A stretch of 60,257 bases of DNA from Octopus bimaculoides (GCF_001194135.2 NC_068994.1:30043444-30103700); one strand, 5' to 3'; counted from the stretch's first letter, positions 1 through 13,324 are shown. Made by a program: numbers and translations. The notes: generated from the letters alone by a model not told the origin.

Positions 1-214
1 TAAACACACCAACATTGGTTGTCAAGCGATGGTAGGGGACAAACACAGACACACAAACATATACACACATATATATATACGACCAGCTTCCTTCAGTTTC
101 CGTCTACCAAATCTACTCTGGTCGGCCCGAAGTTATAGTAGAAGACACTTGCCCAAGGTGCCACACAGTGGGACTGAACCTGGAATCATGTGGTTGGGAA
201 GCAAGCTACTTACC
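1..214 (-). mobile_element. SINE family 1, 5' half (runs off the window start)
   Basis: Reverse-complement match to 24221-24450. Confidence 0.8.
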
Positions 215-424
215 AAAAATCCAAAAAGAAAAACAAAGAAAGAAACAACAACTCGACGATGTGGTGTATGTAAAGTATTAAGAGACACTCAGGGAAGGAA
301 AGAAAGGTTGTTTTAGATTTCAAGCAAAGCTCTTCTTCAGAAACAGGAGACAGAAGAAAGTCTAAGAGAAAAGAAGACGGAGGAAAAAAATCACCAACAA
401 TCCACATGTAGCTACATTTTGATC

Positions 425-785
425 TTTTTATCTTTTTACAGTCAATATACTGCGGCCATGCTGGGGCACCACCTTCAGAAATTTAATCAAACAAATTGAC
501 CCGGTGTCTTTTTCTTTCAAAGCCTGATACCAATTCTACTGGTCTCTTTTGTCCAACTGCTGAGTCATAGTGATGTAAACACACCAACACCAGTTGTCAA
601 GTGGTGGTGGAGGGGACAAACATACACACATATACACAACAGGCTTCTTTCAGTTTCCAACAACTAGATTCACTTACAAGGGTTTGATCAGACCAAAGCT
701 ATAATAGAAGATGTGCCCAAGATGCCACACAGTATGGCTGAATCTGGAACCATATGGCTGAGAAGGAAACTGCCTACCACTCAGC
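425..785 (-). mobile_element. SINE family 1, near full length
   Basis: Reverse-complement match to 24221-24598 along its length. Confidence 0.8.
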
Positions 786-2818
786 TTCACACACACACAC
801 ACTTACACACACACACACACACACACACACAGATAGATAGGAATAAAGTATCCAGGTAGATACCATTCGAGCACTCAGTAATGGCAAACCACATTGAGTG
901 TTAAGGAGCACCTAGGAAGGATTACTTAAGGTAAGCACTCCCAATGTAATTTATCTGATGGGTAAATCCTGGGTCACTTCACTGGATTATAAACATAGAC
1001 ATCTTGCAATTGCATTAGTACCCAATTACATTCATTTGGTTATTAGTCTATGCAACTTTATTCAAGGTCCAACCAGATGAATGTAACTGGATGCAGATGC
1101 AATTGTGAGATGTCTATGCAGCAGAAACATGCTTCAAACACATTTAAATAAAAAATGCTGTGGAATTGACTACAGAAAAAAAAAACCATGTAGATGTTTA
1201 AAAGCTGAATTCATTGTAATTGTCTTGTATGTATATATATATATATATATGCTCACACACTCACACATGTAGTGGGATGTGTAGCAAAAGGTGTTGTTGA
1301 TGTAGTAGATGAAGATAGGCATGTTGAATGACATCAAAGTAAAAAAAAACGAGGAAAGCATCAGAATGTAGTTTAAATAATTTATTTGATCAACATTTGC
1401 ATTTACGTGTTGGATACTCAAGGTTTGATTCACAATATCAATGAAGGCTGCTACATGAAGTTACCAACTGCTTCGAGTTGGCAATGTAAAAAGAAACAAC
1501 AGGAGGAATGGTATGTCGATGTGATGAGGTAGTACAAGACATGTTTTGTGTCTGTGTGCATGTTGGTCATTTGGTCGTGTCATGTTGTCTTTCTGTCCTG
1601 TCTGTTTGTATTCTGCTGGTCACTGCTTCCTCATGGCCTGCCATTTGGCTTTCTCTCTTGACTGCTTGCCTGTTGCTAGTTGTCTGCCTATCTGTCATGT
1701 ATCTGACTGTATTTATAATGGTCATCCTAGCTAGAACAGACGTACCATAGGAGTAATTTTTACCTGCATAGGTCTTCTGCTGTCCAGTTCAACCTTCAGT
1801 GACATAGTTCAGGTCAGAGGTCACATGGAAATCTATCCATCACTTTTTGACAGGACAAAGAAATTTCTTTCAGGCTTGTTCAGCCAGTGGTGGATTGGGC
1901 GAGCAAGAATCCTTAGATTCAGTTTCAAATCTCAGCTTGGAAAATGAAATGTTAACTTTTTTGTAGTGTAGGGACCTCACTTAGCTCTGCCTGGGATTTG
2001 AAACCAAATCCACCTGCTTGTTGCTTATTAAAACAAGCAGGAAAATCCTTTGTCTGCATCTCCACACCAAATGATTGATGGGGAAACACTTGACCCCAAG
2101 AACCTATGCTGATCAAGGAAACCCTTTGGTTAGGGTTTGACTTACATTACTGACCATAGTCTATATAACAGAGAGCATTTCATATCTCTCTCTTTTGTAT
2201 CAGCCAGACCAAGGAGCAACACCCTCTTTTGCATCAGCCATGATCAAGAGCAGCACTTTCCCCTTTGCCCTCACTTGACATACAAAGTGAAGCTTTGGGC
2301 CACAAAAAAGACGATGCCACCTTTATCCTTTCTAGTCAGCACTGTGCATTCCTTACTGTTTCCCTCTCTACTGGCAGACAGCAACTTCTACACTATCAAC
2401 TAACAACCAGTGAGCAAACTTGTTGTCACTGCCACTACAATTACTGCTGTATCTCTAACTACACGTTGGGCAAATGAATAAAATATATGTAAATAATATT
2501 TCTTCCTTTTTGGTGTTGATTCTTTGATTTTTACTGGTTACTCCAATGCAAGAACCTACAAGCATTACAGCTACACGCTATATTTGGTAGTCAGCTGCAT
2601 CATATCGACATGATATGGCATGTCATTTCAGCCCACTACAATTGGTGACCCCAACATGATTCTACATGTTCTGTATCCATTACATTGCACATCATTTCAC
2701 TGCATCGCATGACGTTGTGAAAACAAATAAAACATCATATGCCCATTACATATATATATATATATATATGCTAACATATATACATATATATCTTCTAATA
2801 TATAAAACAGAGATGTCT

Positions 2819-3265
2819 GTGTATTCGCTTTTCACGTGAAATCGACTTCACCAAATGCTTCCATACTTGTGATGCATGAATAATTTGACCTCAGATAAAT
2901 GTTAGGCTCTTTATTTGATTTTTTAAAATTAAAAATATATAATATTACTTTATATTTATGATTCACTTCTTTAAAAAGGTTCCTCAATGCCAACTTCCGG
3001 TATTGACGTAACAACGGCAAAAAGCTTCACCCTCTATTTTGACGTTTTTGTACCAAATGCTTACATACTTGTGATGCAATGTCAACTTCCATTATTGATG
3101 TAGCAATGGCAAAATCTTCACTCACTATTTTGACGTTTTTGTGTATTCGCTTTTCAAGTGAAATCGACTTCACCAAATGCTTCCATACTTGTGATGCATG
3201 AATAATTTGACCTCGGATAAATGTTAGGCTCTTCATATTTATGATTCACTTCTTTAAAAAGGTTC
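2819..3265 (+). repeat. Local direct duplication (~125-bp unit, two copies plus short internal repeats)
   Basis: gtgtattcgcttttca..gttaggctc..tatttatgattcacttctttaaaaaggttc occurs at 2819-2982 (with a ~40-bp AT-rich insertion) and at 3141-3265. Confidence 0.85.
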
Positions 3266-3365
3266 GAAATATTTACTAAGTCCACAAATTTAAACATTCC
3301 GTACAAGAGCTTTTATTTATACGGCTTTTTCATTTCATGTTTATTTCATTCATTCTTCGCAATAT

Positions 3366-3406
<41 letters not shown>

Positions 3407-3841
3407 ACACGCGCGCGCACATATACACGTGTGTCTTTGTAAATATATTTGTATACCTTTATGTATATGTGTGTTTGTAAGAGACAGAGTGTGAGTGAGT
3501 CAAGGGGTGTGTTGTCATATGCATCCATCATTTTTGGATGTATGTGTGCATGTGTGTGTGTGAGACAGAGTGAGAGAGCGGTGTGTATGTAGTATTTACT
3601 CTCTCTCTCTCTCATACACACGCACACANNNNNNNNNNTGAGACAGAGTGAGAGAGCGGTGTGTATGTAGTATTTACTCTCTCTCTCTCTCATACACACG
3701 CACACACACACACTCACACACAAAGATGTATGCATATTTATGCATGTACGTATACATGACAACAAACCTCTCTCTATCATTCTCTCTCTCTCTCTCTGTC
3801 ACACACACACACAAACGTCCATTTCATCTGATGTGTGATAC

Positions 3842-3883
<42 letters not shown>

Positions 3884-5665
3884 NNNNNNNNNNTCCATCT
3901 ACAGAATGTCCTCAAATTTCTATACAGCATATTTTGCTTTCTTTCTTCCAGTATATAAGCAGCAATTTCATTCCCAGGCAACGCTGGGTGCCTCTGCTAG
4001 TATATATATATTTATAGTTGAGTTGAGATGTATTCTATTAGGAATGTATTAGAGTACAAAATAGAGCTCATTCACCTTTAGAATTACCAAACAGCTGGCA
4101 GTATTATGGTATACTACCAATTCTAGGCTTAGGCATTCCTCATGTATGAAAATAAAAAGGAAAGAAAAGTAGAGTCGAAAAGAAGAGGGAGTATGATTTG
4201 ACAGCTGTTTCATAACCACTACACATGTTTCAATACAACATAGATCCACATATATACAGGATTTAAATTTAAATTAAGTAACGTTTTACCTGTATAATAG
4301 GACCTAGTTGTATCTTCTCAGGTGATATATAATCACTGTCTCTCATAAGTAAATGTTTGATTTCGATGCTATCACATTCAACTGCTTCCTATATGGAGAT
4401 ATACAAGTAAAACACACGGTGAAAAAATGTATAAATATGAAGTCAACAATTACAATCAAAGAATGTGTACAATAAAAATCAACACATCAACAAAAGAAGT
4501 GGAAGAGGAGCTACCATTTCAGAGTAAATCTTTTATCAAAGATGAGTAAAGGAATAAGAGACGTTGATGAAAAATAGAAATGATACCAAATTTATGATGT
4601 TTATATTGCAGCTTAGTGTAAAAAGGAAGTTGGAGTGTGGGATAGGAGGGGAGGCAGTGGAGACACAATCTGGTTTATAGTGAAAGTAATTAGGGAAGAG
4701 AGAGTATGAGTGAGTGAGAAAGAGAGAGGAGGGAGTAAGTGGGAAGAGAATGCAAGAGGAAACATGGAAGAGGAGAGATGACGAGATAGAAGATAGAGAG
4801 AATGAGATTCTTGGGGTATTTCATTGAGGCAAACGTTTGGACCATAATCCATATTCAGTTGCATAAAATATTTCATGTTTTCGTGGATTTTGGTATTTTT
4901 GCTCATAATGTAGAACCAATCTCATTAATATGAATTTTTTTGCATAAGTCAGATTAAAATATGCGTCAAGTAGACCTTTTCTTTTGTTATTCATTTGCGT
5001 ACATGTAGTAACATGTTTGTCAAAATATCTGTGATTTAGTTCAGGAGTTCCATCAATTTGGAAACCTTGAGATGAAAATCTCAGGCATTTAGGTAATTTA
5101 TTTCAAATTATAACTGTTCTAGAAGCAGCTTTACTTGGATTTCATTCCATTTAACATTGCAGAGTAAGGAAAAGATTGCAATAATAAACATTCTGTATAT
5201 AAGCTACAATATTCTACATTCTCTAACACATATATTACACGCTTCTGGTAAAACTGTGTCAGAGTATAGCTAGTTGTGGGAGCTGTCCTAACAATAACAT
5301 TGTCAATGCCATCTTGTAAGTGTATAAGGACTTTGAATGTAGTTCTATTTGATACATATAGCACAACTGACTAAATTTCAACATGCACATCAAAAACATA
5401 CAGGTGAAGGACATGTAATGTTTTGGCACAGCCACTTTAGTACTGCTTATTTGGCATCGCTTATTCAACACCGATTTTATTTGACATCAGATGTTATAAT
5501 GTTTCTCTCATTCTCTCTGTTTACTTGTCTGAGCATATTTCTCTTTATATGTATGAGGAGAGGGAAAGTATTTATGTTAATAATGTTCAATTAATAAATT
5601 ATAATTTCTCTTTCTATATGTATGTGTATATTTCTGCTCATGTGTGTAGTGTATGAGTGTTTACC

Positions 5666-6270
5666 TCTATTACCAAAATGGGATCTTTTTTAAAACGGGG
5701 GCCACATTTTTCATTAACAAAACACTTTGAAACTTGGAACACTGGTAGAATGTGTCATATAAAACATCTTTTTCTCTTAGTCTTCTTAAAAAAAAAGAAA
5801 TCCATAAGTTATTCCATGTGAAAGTTGTCGTATTTCTGTAATTTCAACCAATCACTGACGTCCATTCAGCCGATATACATTAAGTGCCGACTACATAAAC
5901 AAACGATTCTGAAACAATTAACCCTAACCCTAACCCTAACCCTAGGGTTAGGGTTAGGGTTAGGGTAAAGCAAATTTAAAATGAAAAAAGCAAATAAAAC
6001 GAAGGTATGGAGATTAAATACGCTTTACATCGCTTAATCAGCCAAAGGAGTAAATATAAACAACTGAATACTTGTCAGTGATTGGTTGAAATTATCAAAA
6101 TAAGACAATTTTTTACATGAAATAAATTCGAATACAAAAATATTTTTCTGTTCTATAACACAAAATAGATAAGTATACAAAGTTTGAAAGTCTTTCAGTA
6201 CCAAAAACACTACATAAAACATTAAGGAAAAATGTGGCCCCCATTTTAAAATAGATCCCCAAAATGTAGT
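5666..6270. mobile_element. Fold-back (MITE-like) element with ~200-bp imperfect inverted arms and a central telomeric palindrome
   Basis: gggatctttttaaaacgggggccacatttttc pairs with gaaaaatgtggcccccattttaaaatagatccc, and aatttcaaccaatcactgac (about 5840-5859) pairs with gtcagtgattggttgaaatt (about 6073-6092). The centre 5921-5966 is a (CCCTAA)/(TTAGGG) palindrome. Confidence 0.75.
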
Positions 6271-6949
6271 CACCAAAACAGGTCGTATGTCCAGTCAACT
6301 GTGCTAAATCAGCAGTGTCCAAACAGCTGCACCCAATTACTAAATTCTGTCTGGTGAAAAAGAACTTGAGAGCAATAAAAATGGTTAAAAAAATTATTTG
6401 CAATCATCAATTGCAAAGCATAATATTTTCCATATGTTATACAGTTTTGGGAAATGAAGGGATTCTCACCATCTTATGGTACATCAAAGTAGTATACGTC
6501 TTCATAAGCAAAAAGCAAAGGATGCTGTAAGACATCAGATGAACAATGAGATTCATTGCAGAATTTTATACTGCTGTTACAACACTTCCAAAACAATATC
6601 TCATATACCATGATCATTTGCAACAATAATAACTGTTACTGTTTTACACTCAGAAACCTTAAATCAATGGAAGTGCTATCTGATCTTTTTTTGGTGTTGA
6701 TGGAACTTAAAAATTCAGAGTTGAAGTACATTTTAAAGCATACCAAAAGCATCTGACAAAAATTCTTTATATGAAGCACTTGATGAAATATCTTCTAAGA
6801 CTGTGCATGGGCAGCTCTTGTTGAAACACTGTACTTCTTTTTGACATATATATACATATATTTATGTTTGTTTTTATGTTCAGTTATAATAAAAACAAAT
6901 TTACATTAATCTGATGGGTCGCTCTGTACTTTTGTAGAGACCAAATTTA

Positions 6950-7108
6950 TTACTCTTAAATAAGAATGTTGATTACAGTGACTTCAAAGTTTTGGCCAGC
7001 TCACCCAAAGGCTACATAAAGGCAAGACGAACTCTAATGCATCAAGACGATGGCTTAGCTGGCTGAAACTTTGAAGTCACTGTCAACAAAATTCTTGTTT
7101 AAGAATAA
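6950..7108. repeat. Small inverted repeat / MITE, ~50-bp arms
   Basis: ttactcttaaataagaat..acagtgacttcaaagttttggccagct pairs with agctggctgaaactttgaagtcactgt..attcttgtttaagaataa. Confidence 0.7.
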
Positions 7109-7300
7109 TATACGTATATATATGTGTGTGTGTAAAAACTGTGGCTTTTTATTTTGTAAAGGGTGGAGAGAACACCAATATTCTGTGATAAATTTGTCCT
7201 TGTGCTTTAAAAATTGTTGTAAACTCACTGTCCCTGAAAATTTTTGCACCAAATGAAGCCATTTGCAAAGCACATTTGTATGCTTGAATATTTTGATTCT

Positions 7301-7518
7301 TAAGAAAGGCAGTGGGCTGGCAGAATCGTTAGCACACTGGGCAAAATGTTTAGTGGCATTAGTGGCATTTTCATTTTGAGTTCAAATTCTGCTGAAGTTG
7401 ACTTTGCCTTTCATTCTTTTGGGGTCAATAAAATAAAGTACCAGTTGAGTACTCGGGTCGATGTAATCAACTCATTCCCTCCCCCAAAATTGCTGGCCTT
7501 GCACCAAAATTTGAAATC
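7301..7518 (+). mobile_element. tRNA-derived SINE family 2 (MetaSINE-like) with a 14-bp TSD
   Basis: gctggcagaatcgttagc head and gttgactttgcctttcattc..ggggtcaataaaataaagtaccag central domain. aatattttgattct is duplicated at 7287-7300 and 7519-7532. Confidence 0.85.
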
Positions 7519-8336
7519 AATATTTTGATTCTGAAGTGGTGTGCAAAAATTTTGTTCATATAAATTCCAAGTTCTGGTAACTCAATCAGAAGCAAATGAA
7601 CAACGTATGCCTAATGATTCCTTGTCACATTTTGTACAGAAAGTCCAGGGGTACAATTTTCTCAGACGCATAATCAAGATTAGGATCAGACTGTTGTGCT
7701 AATGCTGCTTCTACTGCTGCTGCTGCTTTAACAATCTTCATTCAATCAATATATTCAGTAAAAATGGCAATGGAACAGCCTGCTTGTGAAATTAATGTGC
7801 AAGTGGCTGAGCATTCCACAGACATGTGTACCCTTAATGTAATTTTCAGGGAGATTCAGTGCGACAAGGCTGGCCCTTTGAAATACAGGTACTACTCATT
7901 TTTGCTAGCTAAGTGAACTGGGAAATAAAGTGTCTTGCTCAAGGACACAACGTATCACCGGGAGTTAAACTCACAAACTTACAATTATGAGCTGAATATC
8001 CTAACCACTTAGCCACATGCCTTTACCAGCCAATATATGCTAAAGTATAACAAGGTAGTCACTACGTGGTCACTCAACATGTTGGAAATAGCAGCCAAAT
8101 TTTTCTCAGAAAATGACATACAATATATCTCTCAAATAACATGGGATGATTGCATAGGTGTTTGATCAGGGACAGCATGTCACTAAACAACAATCCTACG
8201 GCTGCTGCTCCTTCTCCACCATCACTATTTACTATTACTACAACATTCAGTACAATAGAAAAACAAGTACAAAACACAAATGTTATAAACAATCCTTTTC
8301 TTTTATTCAAGGAAAATAATAATAATGATAATAATC

Positions 8337-8374
<38 letters not shown>

Positions 8375-8531
8375 GATGAAAATAATTCAACAATTCTGAG
8401 TTTATAGGTTTAACAATGAGAAATATTAAACTTCCATTTATATATGTTGCATTGTGTTTGTTTCGAGGTGTTTTAGCCACTGAGACTAAGGCCATGCAGG
8501 ATTACTACTGTCATATATATTTGTGTGTGTG

Positions 8532-8577
<46 letters not shown>

Positions 8578-9260
8578 NNNNNNNNNNNNNNNNNNNNNNN
8601 NNNNNNNNNNNNNNNNNNNNNNNNNNNNNNNNNNNNNNNNNNNNNNNNNNNNNNNNNNNNNNNNNNNNNNNNNNNNNNNNNNNNNNNNNNNNNNNNNNNN
8701 NNNNNNNNNNNNNNNNNNNNNNNNNNNNNNNNNNNNNNNNNNNNNNNNNNNNNNNNNNNNNNNNNNNNNNNNNNNNNNNNNNNNNNNNNNNNNNNNNNNN
8801 NNNNNNNNNNNNNNNNNNNNNNNNNNNNNNNNNNNNNNNNNNNNNNNNNNNNNNNNNNNNNNNNNNNNNNNNNNNNNNNNNNNNNNNNNNNNNNNNNNNN
8901 NNNNNNNNNNNNNNNNNNNNNNNNNNNNNNNNNNNNNNNNNNNNNNNNNNNNNNNNNNNNNNNNNNNNNNNNNNNNNNNNNNNNNNNNNNNNNNNNNNNN
9001 NNNNNNNNNNNNNNNNNNNNNNNNNNNNNNNNNNNNNNNNNNNNNNNNNNNNNNNNNNNNNNNNNNNNNNNNNNNNNNNNNNNNNNNNNNNNNNNNNNNN
9101 NNNNNNNNNNNNNNNNNNNNNNNNNNNNNNNNNNNNNNNNNNNNNNNNNNNNNNNNNNNNNNNNNNNNNNNNNNNNNNNNNNNNNNNNNNNNNNNNNNNN
9201 NNNNNNNNNNNNNNNNNNNNNNNNNNNNNNNNNNNNNNNNNNNNNNNNNNNNNNNNNNNN
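8578..9260. other. Assembly gap (N run)
   Basis: Other large gaps: 14550-15323, 20282-20726, 35850-36350 and 38565-39438, plus several short ones. Confidence 1.
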
Positions 9261-9396
9261 NATATATTCCAAAGAATTATTATCAAAATTTACTTCTTTT
9301 CATTTAACTTTTTGAATTTTTTTTTTACTGTACCTCTGCTCCATAATAAGGATAAAAAAGGCAAACAAAAAATATTGAAAATAATATTGATATGGT

Positions 9397-9398
<2 letters not shown>

Positions 9399-9454
<56 letters not shown>
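9399..9454. repeat. (AAT)n microsatellite
   Basis: Pure AAT run; another lies at about 8320-8370. (TA)n, (CA)n and (GA)n tracts occur throughout, many at gap edges. Confidence 0.95.
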
Positions 9455-9457
<3 letters not shown>

Positions 9458-9847
9458 GGAAAGGGGAAAAAAATAAATATCTACAAGAATATATGTTCAT
9501 AAATATTTTGATTGCTCGGTGCGTATTTAGAATTTGGTTGGAACCATAAGAAGAATGTGGTGCCATTTCTCTACACAATGGCAGTATTACTAAATATTTT
9601 AATGCAGGACTATATAAATATACACTTCTATTTTAATGAGGGAGGCAGAACCATTCCATAGATAGGGCAGCAAAAAAGGAACAGGGTGAGGACATTTCAT
9701 GATTTCATAGATACATGGAACACATAATTCCTCATAGAAATTCGACTGAGATTGAACTCATTTATGATACAGGTAACATATAAAGATTTATATCTACATA
9801 CATAATTATATGTAAGTGTGCATACACCCATATAACATATTTACAAA

Positions 9848-9897
<50 letters not shown>

Positions 9898-9907
9898 NNN
9901 NNNNNNN

Positions 9908-9954
<47 letters not shown>

Positions 9955-10165
9955 AAGAGAGAGAGATAGATAGATAGATACATACATACACATATAAGTG
10001 CCAGTGGATGAAACTCTTGGCCTATAAAAATTATATACTCATGTTTCAAGATATATTTTCCTGTTTGCATCACCAAACCTATATATATATATATATATAT
10101 ATATATGTTACACCGTATGTAAACAAACAAGTCTGTTTTTGAAGAGTTGAAATGTGTTGTAGAAC

Positions 10166-10325
10166 ATGTAGAAAGATAAATTTTATTCAATGCATAGATA
10201 CTGAACAGTATATATATATAAAGGATAAAATCCTTTTTTCTGCTTTTAAAGAAAAAAAGATTTTATCCTTTATATATATATACTGTTCAGTATCTATGTG
10301 TTGAATAAAATTTATCTTTCTACAT
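10166..10325. repeat. Near-perfect 160-bp palindrome (75-bp arms, 10-nt loop)
   Basis: Arms 10166-10240 and 10251-10325 are complementary apart from 3 positions. Confidence 0.9.
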
Positions 10326-10739
10326 TTTCTTTATATATATGCACTTCTACAAACATATGTGTGTATAGAAAAGTAAATGGACCCTCCATTGATTTCAGTG
10401 ATGAGTAATTCAGTCATTTTATAAACTAAAGTATCTCCCCAATTTAGTGTTAAATAGAGTATTCCAAAACAAACATGACAGTGCAGGTGACAAGACTAAC
10501 TCTTTGAATTACAGGGACATCTACCCAGCAGACATCTCACAAATTCGATAAACCCAAGTTCTATTCACATGGTTTGGTCAACCTAAAACTAAGGCAACAG
10601 TTAGTCACTCGCCAAAGTATGCTGTATAGCTAGATCAATGCCAGGATTTCATGTTTGCAAACCAAAATTCTTAACTATTCAGCCAAGGACTTTTTTTAGT
10701 CCACTGAGCCAGACTACATATTTCAAGTATCACCAATTA

Positions 10740-11540
10740 ATATTCACTTTTCCATGCTTGCATGGGTCAGACAAAATTTGTTGAAGGAGATTTTCTATGA
10801 CTAGAAATCATTCCTCTGATCTGTTTCCAAACAAGGTAATATTTCTCTATGACTAGATATGCTCTTCAAAGGAGACTGGAAACAAGTATTGCTTGTATGA
10901 TGATGGTATGATACAATCATCGCATAATATTAAGACAAAGCTACACACAAACAAATACATGTATACTCACATACATACATAAATATATGCATGTGTGTGT
11001 ATGTGTATATCCATCATCTTTTATTTGTTTCAGTAATTGGACTGTGGCCATGCTGGGGCACCACCTTGAAGAATCTTTAGTCAAACGAATCAACCTCTGT
11101 ATTTATTTTTTTTTTAAAGCCTGGTACTTATTCTATTGTTCTGTTGCAAAACTGCTGAGTCATAGGGACCTAAACACACCAACACCAGTTGCCAAGCAGT
11201 GATGAGGAACAGACATAAAGACATGCATGCATATATACAACAAGCTTCTTTTCAGTTTCTGTCTATTAAATCCACTCACAAGGCTTTGATCGGCCTGAAG
11301 TTACAGTAGAAGACACTTGCCCAAGGTACCATAAAGTGGGATGAAATCTGGAACCATCTGGTTGGGAAACAAACTTCTTACTACACAGTCCACCCCTCCA
11401 CACATATATGATGGACTTCTTTCAGTTTCCATCTACCAAAGCCATTCATGGGCTAAAGTAGAAGACACTTACCCAAGGTGTCGTACAGTGGGACTGAACC
11501 CATAACCACATGGTGGGGAAGCAGGCTTCTAAACCACATT
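10740..11540 (-). mobile_element. Nested SINEs: a family-1 copy (about 11018-11395) inside an older SINE with a family-1 head and an RTE-type tail
   Basis: Head at 11400-11540, complete inner copy at 11018-11395, and body/tail at 10740-11010 homologous to 47520-47760. Confidence 0.6.
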
Positions 11541-11839
11541 TAACACAATGTACAGGAAACATGACAAAAACTAACAAATGGTAAAATTTGCCTTAATTCA
11601 CTCTAAGGGATGTATATCTACCTTGGCTTCATTATCCCATGGGATAGAAATCTGAAGAAAAGTGATCAAAAGACTGTAATTTTAGCATGCCACTGCTGAT
11701 TGTAAGCATTGAACTAAATGTTGATATGTTAACCATTTAAATATACAAAGGCAGACCTGTTGTTCTTATTCTAGATGGACTTGGTATATCGCCATGATTA
11801 TGGATACAAAATGGAAAGCCTTTACCCTGAGGAAGGGAA

Positions 11840-11950
11840 CTTTGCCAGATCAGATTGGAGCCTAGTGCAGCCTTCTGGCTTGCCAGCCCTCAAGTCAAGC
11901 CGTCCAACCCATGCCAGCATGGAAAACGGACGTTAAACAATGATGATGAT
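11840..11950 (+). mobile_element. RTE-type 3' tail fragment
   Basis: tgccagatcagattggagcc..gtccaacccatgccagcatggaaaacggacgttaaacaatgatgatgat. Further copies lie at about 19035-19250 (+), 30700-30900 (-), 36645-36760 (-) and 59420-59610 (+). Confidence 0.75.
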
Positions 11951-13324
11951 ATATATATATATTATATNNNNNNNNNNNNNNNNNNNNNNNNNNNNNNNNN
12001 NNNNNNNNNNNNNNNNNNNNNNNNNNNNNNNNNNNNNNNNNNNNNNNNNNNNNNNTATATATATATATATATATATATGTCTGTGTGTATGTGTGTGTGT
12101 CATTGTGAATCACTGAACTTTTGAATACCCAAATTAAAATTGTTACTCTTCAAATGTATTGAGTTCTTTGAAGTAGTTGTCCATACTGGGCTCATATATA
12201 TTTATTTATATTATACATATATAGTTATTGTGTGAGTGTGGGTTTCTTTTTTTTTTTGTAAAATTGTCACAACCATAATATTCCACTTTCTGTTCAGTGC
12301 CAGATTAACCACAGAGCAGCAATGCAAGCCACTTTTGAAAATAAATTAGAAAAATTTTAAATAAAAAACTATGAAATGATAAAGTGACATTTAATTGCTG
12401 AAATTTCATGAAACACAGGAACACTGGCAGTTAAAATTGGTTCTCTCCACCAGTGTACATATACATACATACTTATATATTCTTGACTGTACAATGTCAA
12501 CACAGTGATATATATATATGTGTGTGTATGTATTTGCTATCAGCAACAGAAGCAGATTTAGTAATGACTATTAATTAGCACATCCAACCTAACCTGAATG
12601 AGTTGTTAAAACACTGTAGATTGCAATAAACACTAAAATCACATAATTCAGTCAAGTGATAAAAATTCGATGCTTTTTAGCATTTGTTATTTACACAAAA
12701 CGATTCTTTGGAATGTTTACTGTAGTCTACAGTGTTATAAACAACACATCCTGGCTAGTGAGATGTGCTAATGTGTAAATATATATATACACATTTGGAA
12801 GGTTGTTTGTTATGGCCACTGGTTTCACACCGATAAAACACTTAGCTGTATAGGTGTCTATACATTTGAACGTGACATGTTGCTTATACAGTGAAGCACT
12901 TTACAGGTCTGAAACTAATGGTCACTCTCTGACCAGCCTTCTAAATATATTACTGCATTAATGTGTGCTTCTTATTCAGATACATGAACTACTGATGAGA
13001 TATATATACATACACACATATGCATGCATATTTATGTTTATGTTTTTGTGCAAAAATGCCAAGTGTTCAAGGCACATCTGTTTCAGAAGAATGTAGAGTC
13101 AGATATAATTGAGTGTTGCTCATATCTAAGGATTTCATGTAGCTCACTCACATTAGCCAACCATGCTCACTGATGAGTCTGAAACCAACGACGGGCAGTT
13201 GATGTTAGTCAACAGAATGAAGCCTTCAAGTGTGAGGAAATAATATAGTTTGCCAGTACACAATGATATATATNNNNNNNNNNNNNNNNNNNNNNNNNNN
13301 GTAATGGGAGCTCATTAGCCTGAA

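Noticed and set aside
880-2360. Possible old LINE (CR1/L2-like) remnants
   Set aside because: Only faint peptide resemblance in broken frames; no diagnostic motif could be read.
3561-3708. Identical ~68-bp direct repeat either side of a 10-N gap
   Set aside because: Most likely overlapping contig ends left unmerged by the assembler.
5921-5966. Telomere-telomere fusion scar
   Set aside because: Fusions give TTAGGG followed by CCCTAA; here the order is reversed and the tract sits inside a fold-back element.
13170-13195. Hammerhead-like cores (ctgatga at 13170, ctgacga near 38125, reverse ctgatga near 58941, ctgttga near 52381, gaaac-ctc-gta at 37932)
   Set aside because: None has the complete CUGANGA / stem II / GAAA / stem III / UH arrangement; an Infernal search would be needed to rescue any of them.
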